From a virus (lineage: Duplodnaviria > Caudoviricetes): a stretch of DNA of 58,152 nucleotides. Below the pieces are notes generated by a model. It worked only from the letters and a program-made list of their open reading frames with translations. It had not been told where the DNA came from and searched no databases. Made by a program: the position numbers and the translations under genes. The stretch spans positions 1 through 58,152 of the IMG/VR virus record IMGVR_UViG_3300042988_001268; one strand, given 5' to 3'. The number at the start of each line of letters is the position of its first letter. Position 1 is the first letter of the stretch. Of the stretch, positions 13,695 to 24,404 are shown piece by piece.

Positions 13695-16600
13695 TCACCT
13701 CTTGATCCGGTTGATGATCAGCCGGCCTGACATGAAAGAGTGGGTGTCCGTCGAATAGACGCTGCCCCGAAGCAGGATGGTGTACGAGCCGGCGACCACA
13801 ATCGGCAGAACGTACACCGGGTTGAGGTTCGCGCTGTAGCCGATGGTCGCCGAGGGCAGTTGAACGCTGGACGTAGATGCAGTCAGGAATCCTGTCCCGA
13901 CGCCAGCAGGAGCAGATGATAGGCGGAGTTCCGCACCCGTCCGCTTATAGGACATGCTCAAGGGGAGTTCGACTTCCACCGCAGCCTGAATGATCAGGAC
14001 ATCGCCAACGGACAGGGTCCGCGTAATCGACAGCAAATCTTCGTCCAGCCCGTCCGACACAGAGATCGGCGACGAGAACTGCGAGGTATAGACGTCGTGT
14101 ACAGCGCTCGCCTGTATGGCTGCTGTAGCCACCTTGTCGGTCTTCACCGTTCCATCGCTATTGAGGCCACTGTTAGCGGAGTTGGCGCCAGTGGCGACCG
14201 TGGCGGCAGAGGTGCCGTTGATCGTGCCAGTGATGTTGCCGGCGAAGGCGACCGTCGACGAAGGCTGGTAGCGCAACTCCCCGGTATTGGTCGGAGAGAC
14301 GATGGACGAAACCATGATCCCGGCCGCGTTGACGTTCGTGTCGACCCGGCGATAGGCCCGAACCCCGAACGTATAGTAGAGGTCCGCGGACATCCCGGAG
14401 AAAACGATGGCGCGCTTGTTGGCGGAGGTGACATAAACGGTTTCCAGCGTCGGGTTCCCGCCGATGCTGTATGCCCCGTTCGACGTCGACGAATAGATAA
14501 AGACGTGGAATCCGTCGATGTCCGCCTCGGTCCCGGCCCATGCCCATCGAAACACAATATCAACCGAACCATCGGTATTCGGGCTGTGATCGATGCCCGT
14601 CCCATTGGTCGGAACTGTTGGCGCCAGAATGGCATCCCCATTCTGATTGTTCGACGCATTGAAGTCCGCCGATGACTGGGCCACCACTGCGGCAGTCGTT
14701 CCGGCGATTTGCCCGGTATAGTTTGGCGTCGATGCAGGCTGGTAGCGCAACTCCCCGGTATTGGTCGGAGAGACGATGGACGAAACCATGATCCCGGCCG
14801 CGTTGACGTTCGTGTCGACCCGGCGATAGGCCCGAACCCCGAACGTATAGTAGAGGTCCGCGGACATCCCGGAGAAAACGATGGCGCGCTTGTTGGCGGA
14901 GGTGACATAAACGGTTTCCAGCGTCGGGTTCCCGCCGATGCTGTATGCCCCGTTCGACGTCGACGAATAGATAAAGACGTGGAATCCGTCGATGTCCGCC
15001 TCGGTCCCGGCCCATGCCCATCGAAACACAATATCAACCGAACCATCGGTATTCGGGCTGTGATCGATGCCCGTCCCATTGGTCGGAACTGTTGGCGCCA
15101 GAATGGCATCCCCATTCTGATTGTTCGACGCATTGAAGTCCGCCGATGACTGGGCCACCACTGCGGCAGTCGTTCCGGCGATTTGCCCGGTATAGTTTGG
15201 CGTCGATGCAGGACGGTACGGATGCTGGCTCGCTCCCGATGAAAACACAGCGCTGGACCGCATAATCCCAGCCACGTTGATGTCGGTATCGACGATCCGG
15301 AAGGCCCGGACAAAGAACGAATACCAGAGGTTCGACGGAAGGCCATTTATCGTAAAGGCGCGCTTCACTGCGGGCGCGGTAAATATCTGCTCCTCGGCGG
15401 GTGCTGAGTTCAGAACATACGTCGCATTAGAATCGCGAGAGGATCGGATAATGATTTCGAACCCATCGATGTCCGCTTCGGTGCCAGACCAACCCCACTT
15501 GAAGGTGATGTTGACCGACGAGTCCGCATTGCTGACTGCCGTGAATGCAGAACCGTCGCTCGCCACGGTCGGTGTCACCAGCGCCGTCGAGATCCGGTCG
15601 TTCGAGACATTGGTATTGGCGACCGACTTCGACAGCGTGACAGTGCGGCGATAGGAGAACCCGGTGTAGGCCCCACTCCCGGTTGCCACGATGGTCAGCG
15701 TCGCTGAGTCCTCGCCGGTGTCGAAGCCTCCGCTGATGGTGAAGGTCTGCCCGGAATAGGCCACCGTGAGCGTCTGAGGATTGCCGCCCGATGCCGTGGC
15801 GAGCGAGAAGTTCGAGGAGACATCGGTTCCATCAGGCAGGCGTGCGGTGAAGGAACCCGTCGCCAGGGCATAGCTCGTGACCGCATTGGAGCCATCGACC
15901 GGCAGGGTAATCATCGACTTCGTGAGCGCGACATCGAGCGCGTCCAGTCCGTCATCGCCTGGATCCCCGGTTGCCCCCTGCTTCGACTTCGACAGCGAGA
16001 ACGTCTTGTCGACCGTCACCCCCGAATGCGCGCCGCTTCCGGTAGCCCTGATGGCGAGGTTCGCCACATCGGTTCCGCTCGCGAGCCCGCCAGAGACCGT
16101 ATAGGTTCGGCCCGAGTACGAGACTGTCAGGCCGGCCGCGTTCTGCAGCGTCGACAGGGTGAAGCTCGACGAGACATCGGTCGCACCCTTGAAAATCTTG
16201 AAGTCGCCCGTGGCCCCAGAATAGCTGCTGACGACACCAGTCGGTCCTGCGACGACCTGATGGCTCTCATTGGTCAGGAACCCGGTGTAGGCATCCGAGC
16301 CGTCCTGGATCTTGGTGATGGTGATGAGTTCGCGCAGATCGTCGCAGTAGATCGCGACCACCACCCCCTTCGCCGAGCCGATCGCCGCGTCGAAGTTCGC
16401 CCCCGTCATGGTCACGGTGTCGCCGGTCTGGGTGAAGCTGTTCGCGTCGGGCACGTTCTGGGTAACGGTGCCGCTTCCCGTGAGATAGACGCCGGCGTCG
16501 ATCTGGGTGCCTGGGAGCCGGTACATCTTGACGATCAGGTCGGACGTCGTGTTGGTCTTGGTCGCCGTGAAGGTGACGCTCTGCCCGGCGATGATGACCC

Positions 16601-19022
16601 CATCCTTGTCGTAGGAGATCGTCTGTTGGCTGGGCGAGACCTGCAGCAACTTCGCGGGCGTGCCGGAGCGGGCCTTCGTGACCGAGAAATAGACCGTCAC
16701 CGTCGTACCGCGATAGGTGATCGGAATGCCGATGCGGCCATATTCGGCAGCAAGCGCGGTGATCCGGTAGAAGCCCTTCGGCTTGCCTGCGATGGGGGTA
16801 TTCGTGGCGGTGTTGACGGTGCCCGTGGCGTTCAGGCCGGTCGCCGCCGAGATTGTCGCCTCGGTGAGTATTTCGTTCCCGGTGCCATCATAGGCTGACA
16901 ACTGCCCCTCAGCGTTCCCCCAGTCTGATACCGTGCCGGCGGAGTCCGACGGAACAGTGGCATTCTGCGGGGTCATAAACACGTTGAACGACGGAGTTCC
17001 GTCCGAGACCTTGAAAACCGTCGCGCTCTCGGTGACGGATCCGCATGTGACCTGAAGGACTACAGCAACATACCCGCCAGAGATGGCTGAATTAAAGCTC
17101 GATCCGGAGAGGCTGATCGTAGAACCAGTCTGCGTGAATGCGTTAGAATCCGGCACGTTCTGGGTAACGGTCCCGCTGCCTGATAGATAAACTCCGGCGT
17201 CTATCGCAGAGAGTGTTCCTGCTGAATTTACCCGATATATTCTGACAATGAGATTTGCAGTGGTATTCTGCCTTTCGGTATAGAAATCAACAATCTGCCC
17301 GGAGATCAATGTGCCGTACTGGTCGTACTTCACTTGGCTTCTGGTGGCGGACATCCGGAACAGCGTCGCCCCGGCCCCACCAATCGCCTTGGATATGGAA
17401 TAGACCTTGTCGATGGTGACGTCGCCATAGGTCGCCCGGAACACCGCCGTACCCTGGCTGGCACTCATCGAGTTGACGGTATAGACACCAGTGGTCGCGT
17501 TGATGGTAACGTCGACCCCCGTCTCGGACTCAACCGCGAAGTCGCAGAACGCGGTGATGTCGGTCGATCCCTGGATGACACGGAATTCGCCACCGGCGCC
17601 GGTAAAGCTGGACACGGTGCCGGACGAATCCGCGACGACGGTATGGCTCTCGTTGGTGAGGTAGCCGGCGATGGCCGCGCTGAGCGGAGGGGTATGGTTC
17701 GACCAGTAGGCATCGCTGGCAGTCGGCCAATCCGGCGGCGTGTTGCCGGAACTCGGATCGGTCGCGATGTATAGCCAGCGCGAGCCATCCGGCCGGTCGA
17801 CGATGTTGCCCTCGCGATAGGTCTCGGCGACGTCAAAGAGACCGCGGTCGACCATCGTCGCCCCGAAGGCAATCTCGTCGGAGGTGTGCACCCGCCAGCA
17901 CCGCGCCGCGCCCATGGTGGTCTTCGCATAGGGAGGGCTGACATCCACCTCGTCGACTTGCGTCACCTGCGGGAGGGACTGCCCCTGTGCATGGAGGGTG
18001 ATCTGCGACGATCCGGACATCGTCACCGCCGACACGAAGAACTTGCCCGTAAGCGAGATGCCTACCTGCCAGTTGCAGGCCAAAGCGAGGCGCTTGGCGA
18101 AGTCGATGAACTTTTCCTGGTCCGTCACCACGACATTGATCGCCCAGGGGACGGCGGTGTTGAGCGCGTCGAGGGTATCGGTGTCGAGCAGTGAACTGGA
18201 TATGCCGGCGATGTCGGCAACCTGCGCGATGATGTCGGCGGTGGAGCGTGGTTCAACTTCCACGTCGCCGGTGATCACGCCATAGGCCGGAGCCCCAAGC
18301 CGGATGAGGCCAGAGGCGAGGCAGGTCGCCCATTCGCCCGGAGGGATCGTAGCCGCAACCAGCGCGGCATAATTGGCATAGTCGGCGTTGGCCGCAGGGA
18401 AGGCACTCCCGCGCTCGTACAGACCCGCAATCGCGCTCAGCGCATGATAGGCGGTGAACTGATAGACCGAATAGGTCGCATTGATCAGGACCGGCTCGAC
18501 GTTCTTGGCGTGGCCGAGGACGAGCGGCTTCAGCCTGTTCTCAATATCCTCCCCGCCTTCGATGTCCCCTGTCCCCTGATAGGAGAGGTTGAGCACGTTG
18601 ACCGAGAACGGCTCGGAATCCACCTCGGCTTGCAAGAGGATCGTCGGGTAGCGCCCGCCATAGCTTTTCACCCGGCCGGAGAAGATCGTCGTCCACGGCC
18701 AACTGTCGCCCGGCGTGCCGTAGTAGATCTCCATCGGAGCGGCATTCCAGATGAAGGTCGTGACGTTGGGATAGGTGTTTTCCAGAACCTTGAGGTTGAC
18801 CGGCACAGCCGCCGCCGCCGGCGTCACCGCCTCGGCGAAGTCACCATTCCACAGCGCAATGCCGATCGACGGCTGCGTGGTGATGGCCGGCTCCCAGATG
18901 TGGCTGTTGAGGCCGACGACACGACGGTCATCGACCGACGACAGATACACGTCCTCGCGCAGGCCGGTGTTGATGTTGAGCGGAGAGACCTTGACCAAGC
19001 AGACGACAGACATCGGGATCAC
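13695..19022 (-). CDS. Tail tip/host-specificity protein with Ig/FN3-like repeats
   Basis: 1775 aa after tape measure; KPLVLGHAKNVEPVLIN hub-like motif; S/T/G-rich repeats. Confidence 0.85.
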   Translation of the reverse strand: MIPMSVVCLVKVSPLNINTGLREDVYLSSVDDRRVVGLNSHIWEPAITTQPSIGIALWNGDFAEAVTPAAAAVPVNLKVLENTYPNVTTFIWNAAPMEIYYGTPGDSWPWTTIFSGRVKSYGGRYPTILLQAEVDSEPFSVNVLNLSYQGTGDIEGGEDIENRLKPLVLGHAKNVEPVLINATYSVYQFTAYHALSAIAGLYERGSAFPAANADYANYAALVAATIPPGEWATCLASGLIRLGAPAYGVITGDVEVEPRSTADIIAQVADIAGISSSLLDTDTLDALNTAVPWAINVVVTDQEKFIDFAKRLALACNWQVGISLTGKFFVSAVTMSGSSQITLHAQGQSLPQVTQVDEVDVSPPYAKTTMGAARCWRVHTSDEIAFGATMVDRGLFDVAETYREGNIVDRPDGSRWLYIATDPSSGNTPPDWPTASDAYWSNHTPPLSAAIAGYLTNESHTVVADSSGTVSSFTGAGGEFRVIQGSTDITAFCDFAVESETGVDVTINATTGVYTVNSMSASQGTAVFRATYGDVTIDKVYSISKAIGGAGATLFRMSATRSQVKYDQYGTLISGQIVDFYTERQNTTANLIVRIYRVNSAGTLSAIDAGVYLSGSGTVTQNVPDSNAFTQTGSTISLSGSSFNSAISGGYVAVVLQVTCGSVTESATVFKVSDGTPSFNVFMTPQNATVPSDSAGTVSDWGNAEGQLSAYDGTGNEILTEATISAATGLNATGTVNTATNTPIAGKPKGFYRITALAAEYGRIGIPITYRGTTVTVYFSVTKARSGTPAKLLQVSPSQQTISYDKDGVIIAGQSVTFTATKTNTTSDLIVKMYRLPGTQIDAGVYLTGSGTVTQNVPDANSFTQTGDTVTMTGANFDAAIGSAKGVVVAIYCDDLRELITITKIQDGSDAYTGFLTNESHQVVAGPTGVVSSYSGATGDFKIFKGATDVSSSFTLSTLQNAAGLTVSYSGRTYTVSGGLASGTDVANLAIRATGSGAHSGVTVDKTFSLSKSKQGATGDPGDDGLDALDVALTKSMITLPVDGSNAVTSYALATGSFTARLPDGTDVSSNFSLATASGGNPQTLTVAYSGQTFTISGGFDTGEDSATLTIVATGSGAYTGFSYRRTVTLSKSVANTNVSNDRISTALVTPTVASDGSAFTAVSNADSSVNITFKWGWSGTEADIDGFEIIIRSSRDSNATYVLNSAPAEEQIFTAPAVKRAFTINGLPSNLWYSFFVRAFRIVDTDINVAGIMRSSAVFSSGASQHPYRPASTPNYTGQIAGTTAAVVAQSSADFNASNNQNGDAILAPTVPTNGTGIDHSPNTDGSVDIVFRWAWAGTEADIDGFHVFIYSSTSNGAYSIGGNPTLETVYVTSANKRAIVFSGMSADLYYTFGVRAYRRVDTNVNAAGIMVSSIVSPTNTGELRYQPASTPNYTGQIAGTTAAVVAQSSADFNASNNQNGDAILAPTVPTNGTGIDHSPNTDGSVDIVFRWAWAGTEADIDGFHVFIYSSTSNGAYSIGGNPTLETVYVTSANKRAIVFSGMSADLYYTFGVRAYRRVDTNVNAAGIMVSSIVSPTNTGELRYQPSSTVAFAGNITGTINGTSAATVATGANSANSGLNSDGTVKTDKVATAAIQASAVHDVYTSQFSSPISVSDGLDEDLLSITRTLSVGDVLIIQAAVEVELPLSMSYKRTGAELRLSSAPAGVGTGFLTASTSSVQLPSATIGYSANLNPVYVLPIVVAGSYTILLRGSVYSTDTHSFMSGRLIINRIKR
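14262..15212. repeat. Tandem 474-bp duplication (158 aa) inside tail tip gene
   Basis: Units start at 14262 and 14736; translations identical in several frames. Confidence 0.95.
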
Positions 19023-22000
19023 CAGTTATTCGCCGCAAGGGCGAAGTCGGAGAGGAGGGAGTCGTTCGCCGGGGTCTGACCCTGTTGGATCAGCGTCCCG
19101 AGATTGGCGTTCACCGCGGCTAGTTGCGCCACCAGCGCATCGGTCTGGGTGGAGATCGCCGACACCACGGCTGTCGAATCCGTGGAGGCCGCCTGGGTGC
19201 TGGCCGTGAACGGGGAGTCGCTACTCGCCGCCGCGTCGATCATGGCGTAGCTCTGATCCAGCGCCGCTTGGGTGACGGAGGTCAGTTCGGTGAAGCGGTC
19301 GAAGTACGCCTTGCTCGATCCGTACAGTTCCCGCTCGATCTCGAGGAGGGTCTGCCCGGCACTGGCGAAGGGGTCGAAGGCCGTGCTGTCGCCAGCCAAG
19401 ACGCGCTGCTTGAGCGGGTCATAGGCGGCCAGCGCGGCGGAGCGGCGATCGGTCAGGGACAGGCCGTTGTTGCCAACCTTGAGGTCGTCGAGGAAACGCT
19501 TGAGCGTGCTGGTAAGGCGCTCCTTCTCCTGCTCGATCAGCTTCGCGCGCTCGATCCCGTACAGCTTCTCGAGATCGGCGTACTCCGCCGTCGTGGCGCT
19601 TGCCTCAGCGAAGATGACCTTCAGGGCGCTGAACTTCTTGTTCAGTGTGTCGAGCGCGGCGCCAAGCGGGTCGGTGGCTTCCTTGAGGCTGGTGAACACG
19701 CCTTCGAACTGAAGGGCCTTGTCGACCTGAACCTCGATGTCCTTCCCCGCCTTCAGAAGTGCCTGGGTGCTGGCCCGCAGACCGACCAGCGCGCCCTGTT
19801 GCACCGCCACCCCGATCGCCGCCTTGAGCGCTGCCGTGGCGTCGAGGCCGTCATAGACCGCATAGGGGCTCTTGGCGGAATACTGCGAACGGCCGAGGTA
19901 GGGGTCGTTCACATTGGACGAGACCTGATAGTACCCGCCCTTGTAAGCCCCAATGCCCACGGAATACTGCCCGAGGGTGGCGCCGAGCCGCTGGGCGATG
20001 CTGGAAATCCCGGACTGGATGCTCGAGCCCTGCGCGTTGAGTCCTTCGATGATGCTGCCGCGGTTGCCGCTGGCAGAGACAGAATCGTTGGACACGGTGG
20101 CGCGGCCGCGGGGAATTCCGGCGATGAGGTTGCCGATGATGCCCCCGGCGATGGCGCCGATGATCTCACCTCCGGGGATGGGCAGGAATGACCCGATCGC
20201 GGCCCCAATCTGAGACCCGGTCTGGTTCATACTAATGCCGAGGGAATTCGCAACGCCCGCGACAGCGGTCCCAGTCGACGACCCCTTCAGCGCCTTGTCC
20301 AATGCTCCGCTGATTCCTTCCGGAAGGCCCTTGATGTCCTTCAGGGCACCAAGGATCGCACCGGGGGTTCCGCCCACAGCCTGCCCATACAGCGCGCCGC
20401 TCAGCATCCCCCCCAACTGCGAGCCGAGGTTCTTCCCGAGAAGCTGCTGAAGTTCGTCCGTGAGCGGTTGCGTCAACCCCTTGGTCATGCGCTCGAAGAA
20501 CGCTTCCGGGGTCAGCGACATCACCGTTCCGCTGTCGCGCAAGCCGGCGATGGCGGCGCGCGAGGCGGTGACGACAATCTCGTCGGTTCCGGAATTGTCG
20601 TTGGCGGCAATCCGTCCAGCGAATGCCGCGTCGAATGCGGCCTCGAGCGATTGCGTTACCGTTGGTGCGGCGTCGGCTACAACGCCGGTGCCCAACGCAG
20701 TGCCGGGCGACGAAATGCGTGCGGCCGCGCCAGAGAGCGCATCAGCCAGTACCGACGCGGCTTTCCCAGCCCGCTCCGTCTCGGACTTGAGCATGTCCAC
20801 CGCATCATCGACGCCCGTCGAGCGCCGGATGTATTTGTCCATGTCCCGGAGCACGTCGCCGAACAGGTTCTCGACGATGACGCGCGACTTCAACTGCCGG
20901 AAGATCGCACCGAAGTTGACGCTCTCGCCGGAAAACAGCTTTTCCAGTTCGCTGCGGACGGAACGGGTCGCGTCGAGATAGGCGTTCTGGATTTCCTGCC
21001 GCTTGCGCAGGACTTCGTTCACCTGTTCCTCGGCCTGGGCAATGGCATAGATCTGCGCCTTGCGCTCCTCGCTGAGCGGGCCAAGCCGCTCCTCGAACTG
21101 CCAGATGCGCTGCACCGCTTCCGCCTCAGCGTCACGACCAGAGAGAATGAGGCTCTGGACCTGCACCCGGCGGGCCGCATCGCGCTCCATCTCCGCGAAT
21201 GGACGGACCAGCGCTTCCTGGATGACGCCCTTGGCCTTTTCGGCATCGGCGATCATCTGTTCGAAGCCGGCCGGCTTGCGCTCGGACAGGTCGGCGATGA
21301 TGGCGTCGAGCTCGCGAGTCGACTGGGCGGCGCGGTCGACCAGGCGTGGCTGCTCGTCGAAACGCTCGTTTATGCGCTTGATCGCTTCGGCCGCGCTCTC
21401 TCCAAAGCGCTGCAACTGCTGCGCCTGCTTGATCGGACCCGGCCCCTTCGCGCCCCTTTTCGTCGACTGCAGTGCCTCAAGGTCGGAATCCCGCTTCGCC
21501 GTCAATGCGGTGAAGCGACGCTCGTACTCACTCTGCGACATGCGCGGAGCGAGAGGATCAAGGTTATTCTGCTGGCTACGGAAGGTATCGTTCAGTTCAG
21601 CCACGGCGCGATTGTAGCGGCCCGTCGCCGCGGCGCGCTTGTCGAGCGATTCGATCGCTCGGTTCTGGCTGACGGCAATAGAGGAGTCCGTGGCCGTCTG
21701 CTGAGCGATGCGCAGTGATTCCCGATCAGTCTTGATCTGAGCCTGCAACTCACCCATCCGGCGGTAGTTCGGCCCCTGGAATGGCAACAGCGAGGTGAGC
21801 GATTTCCCATCGCTTTGCAGCCTTGCCAGTTCCGATTGAGCGGAAGCGATGCGCCCTTCAAGGTCGGTCACGGACTGTCCTGCGATCAGCGCTTTGCTCC
21901 GCAGGAAATCGCCCTGAACAGCTATCGCGTTGCGCATTTCCTGCTGCAACTGCTGCATCGCGTTGGCCGTCTGGTTGGCCGAGAGGGCAAGGATATTCAG

Positions 22001-23410
22001 GCCCGTGCTGAAGTCGTAGGTCTTCTTGTTGGCCTTGTCCGCTTCGTCACCCGTCTTGAACAGTTCATCGATCAGCGGGCTAAGAGCCACCGTCGCGATC
22101 AGGATCGCGGCCCCCCACGGGCCGGACATGAACGCGCCGAACCGACCGATTCTGTCGAGCGTCTTGTTCGCGTTGCCCTCAAGGCCGGTGAGCGCAAAAC
22201 CCAACTGCGGAAGCTGCTGCGCAAAGATGGTCGATGCCCGCGTCCCCATCTGGAACTGGATCGCCATGTCCTGAATTTGCTGGCCAGCCTGAATGCCCGC
22301 GACGCGCTGGGCGCGCATCGAGTTGACGACCATGTGGTTGGCGTCGGTCCCGCGCTTCGCCGCAGCCGCCTGCGCATCATGCGCTGCGGTTAGGGCGGCC
22401 CATGACGTTTGCAGATTGCTCCGGGCTAGGTTTTGCGCAGCGGCATATTCCTTCGCGGAGATCGCCCCGGCGCGGAGGAGATCATCGGCCCGCGCCATTT
22501 CGGCGTCGAAACGCTGCTGGGCGGCAAGGCTCGGATCAAGTTGGGCGCGCAACTGGGCAGCGGAAGCGGCGTAGCGCTCGCTCTCCTGCGCGACCCGGGC
22601 CAGGGCTGCGGCCTGCTCGTTGCTTGCGCGGGTGGCCTGCTCGGCAGATGCCGCGATGGCGGTGGAAACCTCCTGCCCCTTCACTGCGACCCGGCCGAGA
22701 ACCTGCTCGAGGGTGGTGGCAGCTATAGCCGCACGATCGAGTGAGGCCGAACCAGCAAGCATCCGGTCCAAGCCGGAGCGCGTATCAGCCTTCGGGGCAT
22801 AGGACTGCGATTCGAATACTGATGCGGAATCCCGTGCACTTCTGGGCGTGCGATCGAGACCAGGGGCGTACTTGGAGTTGATCGCGTTCTGGAAGGTGGT
22901 CGCGTAGTTCGCGGCCTTCGCCTGCTCCATGAAGGTATCGCGGTAGGACTGGGCGAGGCGCTGGTTGGCAGAGACAGTCTTGTCGATCTCGCCCTGCAGC
23001 CGAGTGTAGGTCGTGACCTGCTCGTTCGCCGCATTCCGCGCACGCTCGGCTTCAATCACCTGGGCTCGCAGCGCGGCGAGATAGGTCTGAGTCGCAGCCG
23101 AGGTGTCGCCGGTCTTCGCGGCGAGCGACACGGCTGCATCGCGCATGGCCGTTATGCGCTGGGCGGCAAACTCGGCGTCCGCCGCAGTCTTGCGCAAACC
23201 GGGCACGTCAAACGAGAGGTTCAACGAACCAGCCTTGAGGCTCGACAGCGAGCGATCGATGGTGCGGCCGATCTCGTCGAACGACTTCTTGAAGTGCCGC
23301 TCAGCACCGCCGGTCATCGACGCAACCTCAGCAAGAAACGACGCCTTCGCGCTTCCATCGGCCTGATGCTCAAATTTCAGGAATGCGGGAAAGACAGGGC
23401 CAGCAGCCAT
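19019..23410 (-). CDS. Tape measure protein
   Basis: 1463 aa Ala-rich helical; QIQDMAIQFQMG...FAQQLPQ motif. Confidence 0.93.
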   Translation of the reverse strand: MAAGPVFPAFLKFEHQADGSAKASFLAEVASMTGGAERHFKKSFDEIGRTIDRSLSSLKAGSLNLSFDVPGLRKTAADAEFAAQRITAMRDAAVSLAAKTGDTSAATQTYLAALRAQVIEAERARNAANEQVTTYTRLQGEIDKTVSANQRLAQSYRDTFMEQAKAANYATTFQNAINSKYAPGLDRTPRSARDSASVFESQSYAPKADTRSGLDRMLAGSASLDRAAIAATTLEQVLGRVAVKGQEVSTAIAASAEQATRASNEQAAALARVAQESERYAASAAQLRAQLDPSLAAQQRFDAEMARADDLLRAGAISAKEYAAAQNLARSNLQTSWAALTAAHDAQAAAAKRGTDANHMVVNSMRAQRVAGIQAGQQIQDMAIQFQMGTRASTIFAQQLPQLGFALTGLEGNANKTLDRIGRFGAFMSGPWGAAILIATVALSPLIDELFKTGDEADKANKKTYDFSTGLNILALSANQTANAMQQLQQEMRNAIAVQGDFLRSKALIAGQSVTDLEGRIASAQSELARLQSDGKSLTSLLPFQGPNYRRMGELQAQIKTDRESLRIAQQTATDSSIAVSQNRAIESLDKRAAATGRYNRAVAELNDTFRSQQNNLDPLAPRMSQSEYERRFTALTAKRDSDLEALQSTKRGAKGPGPIKQAQQLQRFGESAAEAIKRINERFDEQPRLVDRAAQSTRELDAIIADLSERKPAGFEQMIADAEKAKGVIQEALVRPFAEMERDAARRVQVQSLILSGRDAEAEAVQRIWQFEERLGPLSEERKAQIYAIAQAEEQVNEVLRKRQEIQNAYLDATRSVRSELEKLFSGESVNFGAIFRQLKSRVIVENLFGDVLRDMDKYIRRSTGVDDAVDMLKSETERAGKAASVLADALSGAAARISSPGTALGTGVVADAAPTVTQSLEAAFDAAFAGRIAANDNSGTDEIVVTASRAAIAGLRDSGTVMSLTPEAFFERMTKGLTQPLTDELQQLLGKNLGSQLGGMLSGALYGQAVGGTPGAILGALKDIKGLPEGISGALDKALKGSSTGTAVAGVANSLGISMNQTGSQIGAAIGSFLPIPGGEIIGAIAGGIIGNLIAGIPRGRATVSNDSVSASGNRGSIIEGLNAQGSSIQSGISSIAQRLGATLGQYSVGIGAYKGGYYQVSSNVNDPYLGRSQYSAKSPYAVYDGLDATAALKAAIGVAVQQGALVGLRASTQALLKAGKDIEVQVDKALQFEGVFTSLKEATDPLGAALDTLNKKFSALKVIFAEASATTAEYADLEKLYGIERAKLIEQEKERLTSTLKRFLDDLKVGNNGLSLTDRRSAALAAYDPLKQRVLAGDSTAFDPFASAGQTLLEIERELYGSSKAYFDRFTELTSVTQAALDQSYAMIDAAASSDSPFTASTQAASTDSTAVVSAISTQTDALVAQLAAVNANLGTLIQQGQTPANDSLLSDFALAANNW

Positions 23411-23413
23411 GCG

Positions 23414-24124
23414 TCAGATCCTTCCGAGGGCTTCGTAGAACAGGGCGGGGAGTTCGGCGGCGACCGAACGCATGATGGCGGGGACATCGACACGGGCCGC
23501 GCGAGACGTGCGCGGGATGCCGATGAACAGCACCACCAGTTCGCGCTGGACCTGCCCCTTGCGAGGGTATCCAGCCTTGGTGAGGGACTTCGCGCTACGC
23601 TTCATTCCAGCTTCGCTCACGCCGACATTCTTGACTGCGAGCAGTGGATAGCCGTTAACCGACCTGATCCGGATCAGCGGGCCAATCTTACGGTCGAAGC
23701 CGTTCTTCATGTAGAGCTCCGGGGTCATCCGGAACTTGCCCGTCACGCGGGGCAGGGCATCAGTGGCAATCCACAACCACCGCCCGCGCACCGGCTTGAT
23801 GTCAGCCCCTTGGGTATAGGCTTCGATGGCACCGAGAGTGCGCTCCGACTTGGACCTGACAAAGACCACGCCGGAAGCCGAGAATCCCCCGTTGGGATAA
23901 CGGTGGATGCGACCCTTGTCGGCGTCCGACGTGTCTTTGATGGCATTGCCCAGCCGGCCCAGAGCGGCCGACTGCATTGCCGAGCGGATGTTGTTGACCG
24001 CGATCCGAGCGCCCTTCTTTGTCGCGATCAGGGCAGCGCGTTCGGCGCGTTGCTCGGCGAAGCGGTAATAGTCGGAGAACGCGGCGTCGAAGTTGCCGCG
24101 TTCCACCCGGGCGTTAAGCCGCAT
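23414..24124 (-). CDS. Putative tail completion/minor tail protein
   Basis: Basic protein between chaperone and tape measure. Confidence 0.6.
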   Translation of the reverse strand: MRLNARVERGNFDAAFSDYYRFAEQRAERAALIATKKGARIAVNNIRSAMQSAALGRLGNAIKDTSDADKGRIHRYPNGGFSASGVVFVRSKSERTLGAIEAYTQGADIKPVRGRWLWIATDALPRVTGKFRMTPELYMKNGFDRKIGPLIRIRSVNGYPLLAVKNVGVSEAGMKRSAKSLTKAGYPRKGQVQRELVVLFIGIPRTSRAARVDVPAIMRSVAAELPALFYEALGRI

Positions 24125-24404
24125 CGCGCTTCAACCTGGCCTTTGCATCGCCAATGATGGCGAAGGCATCGAGCAGTACGAGAGGCTGGTCGAGCACAGC
24201 GCCGCCATCAGGAAAGCGCATCCCGGCCATCCCCATGTCGCAGAGCGAATGAAGCCGAAGGACCATCCAGTGCTCATCGGTCAGGCGGTTTCGCGGGTTT
24301 TCTTCGAACGCGCCGACCCCGTCGATTTCCCATCCGGCGCCGAGGTGTTCGTCTCGTTCGAAGCTGGCTGGGTCATCTCTGACGGCGACGGCGATTCGGA
24401 GTTT
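24114..24404 (-). CDS. gpT-like -1 frame extension of tail assembly chaperone
   Basis: Open -1 frame from slippery site to TAA 24116-24114; contains FPDGGAVLDQP. Confidence 0.8.
   Translation of the reverse strand, partial: KLRIAVAVRDDPASFERDEHLGAGWEIDGVGAFEENPRNRLTDEHWMVLRLHSLCDMGMAGMRFPDGGAVLDQPLVLLDAFAIIGDAKARLKRDAA

Noticed and set aside
14262-15212. Diversity-generating retroelement TR/VR pair
   Set aside because: Copies are tandem, in frame, without adenine-specific mismatches; no reverse transcriptase in the window
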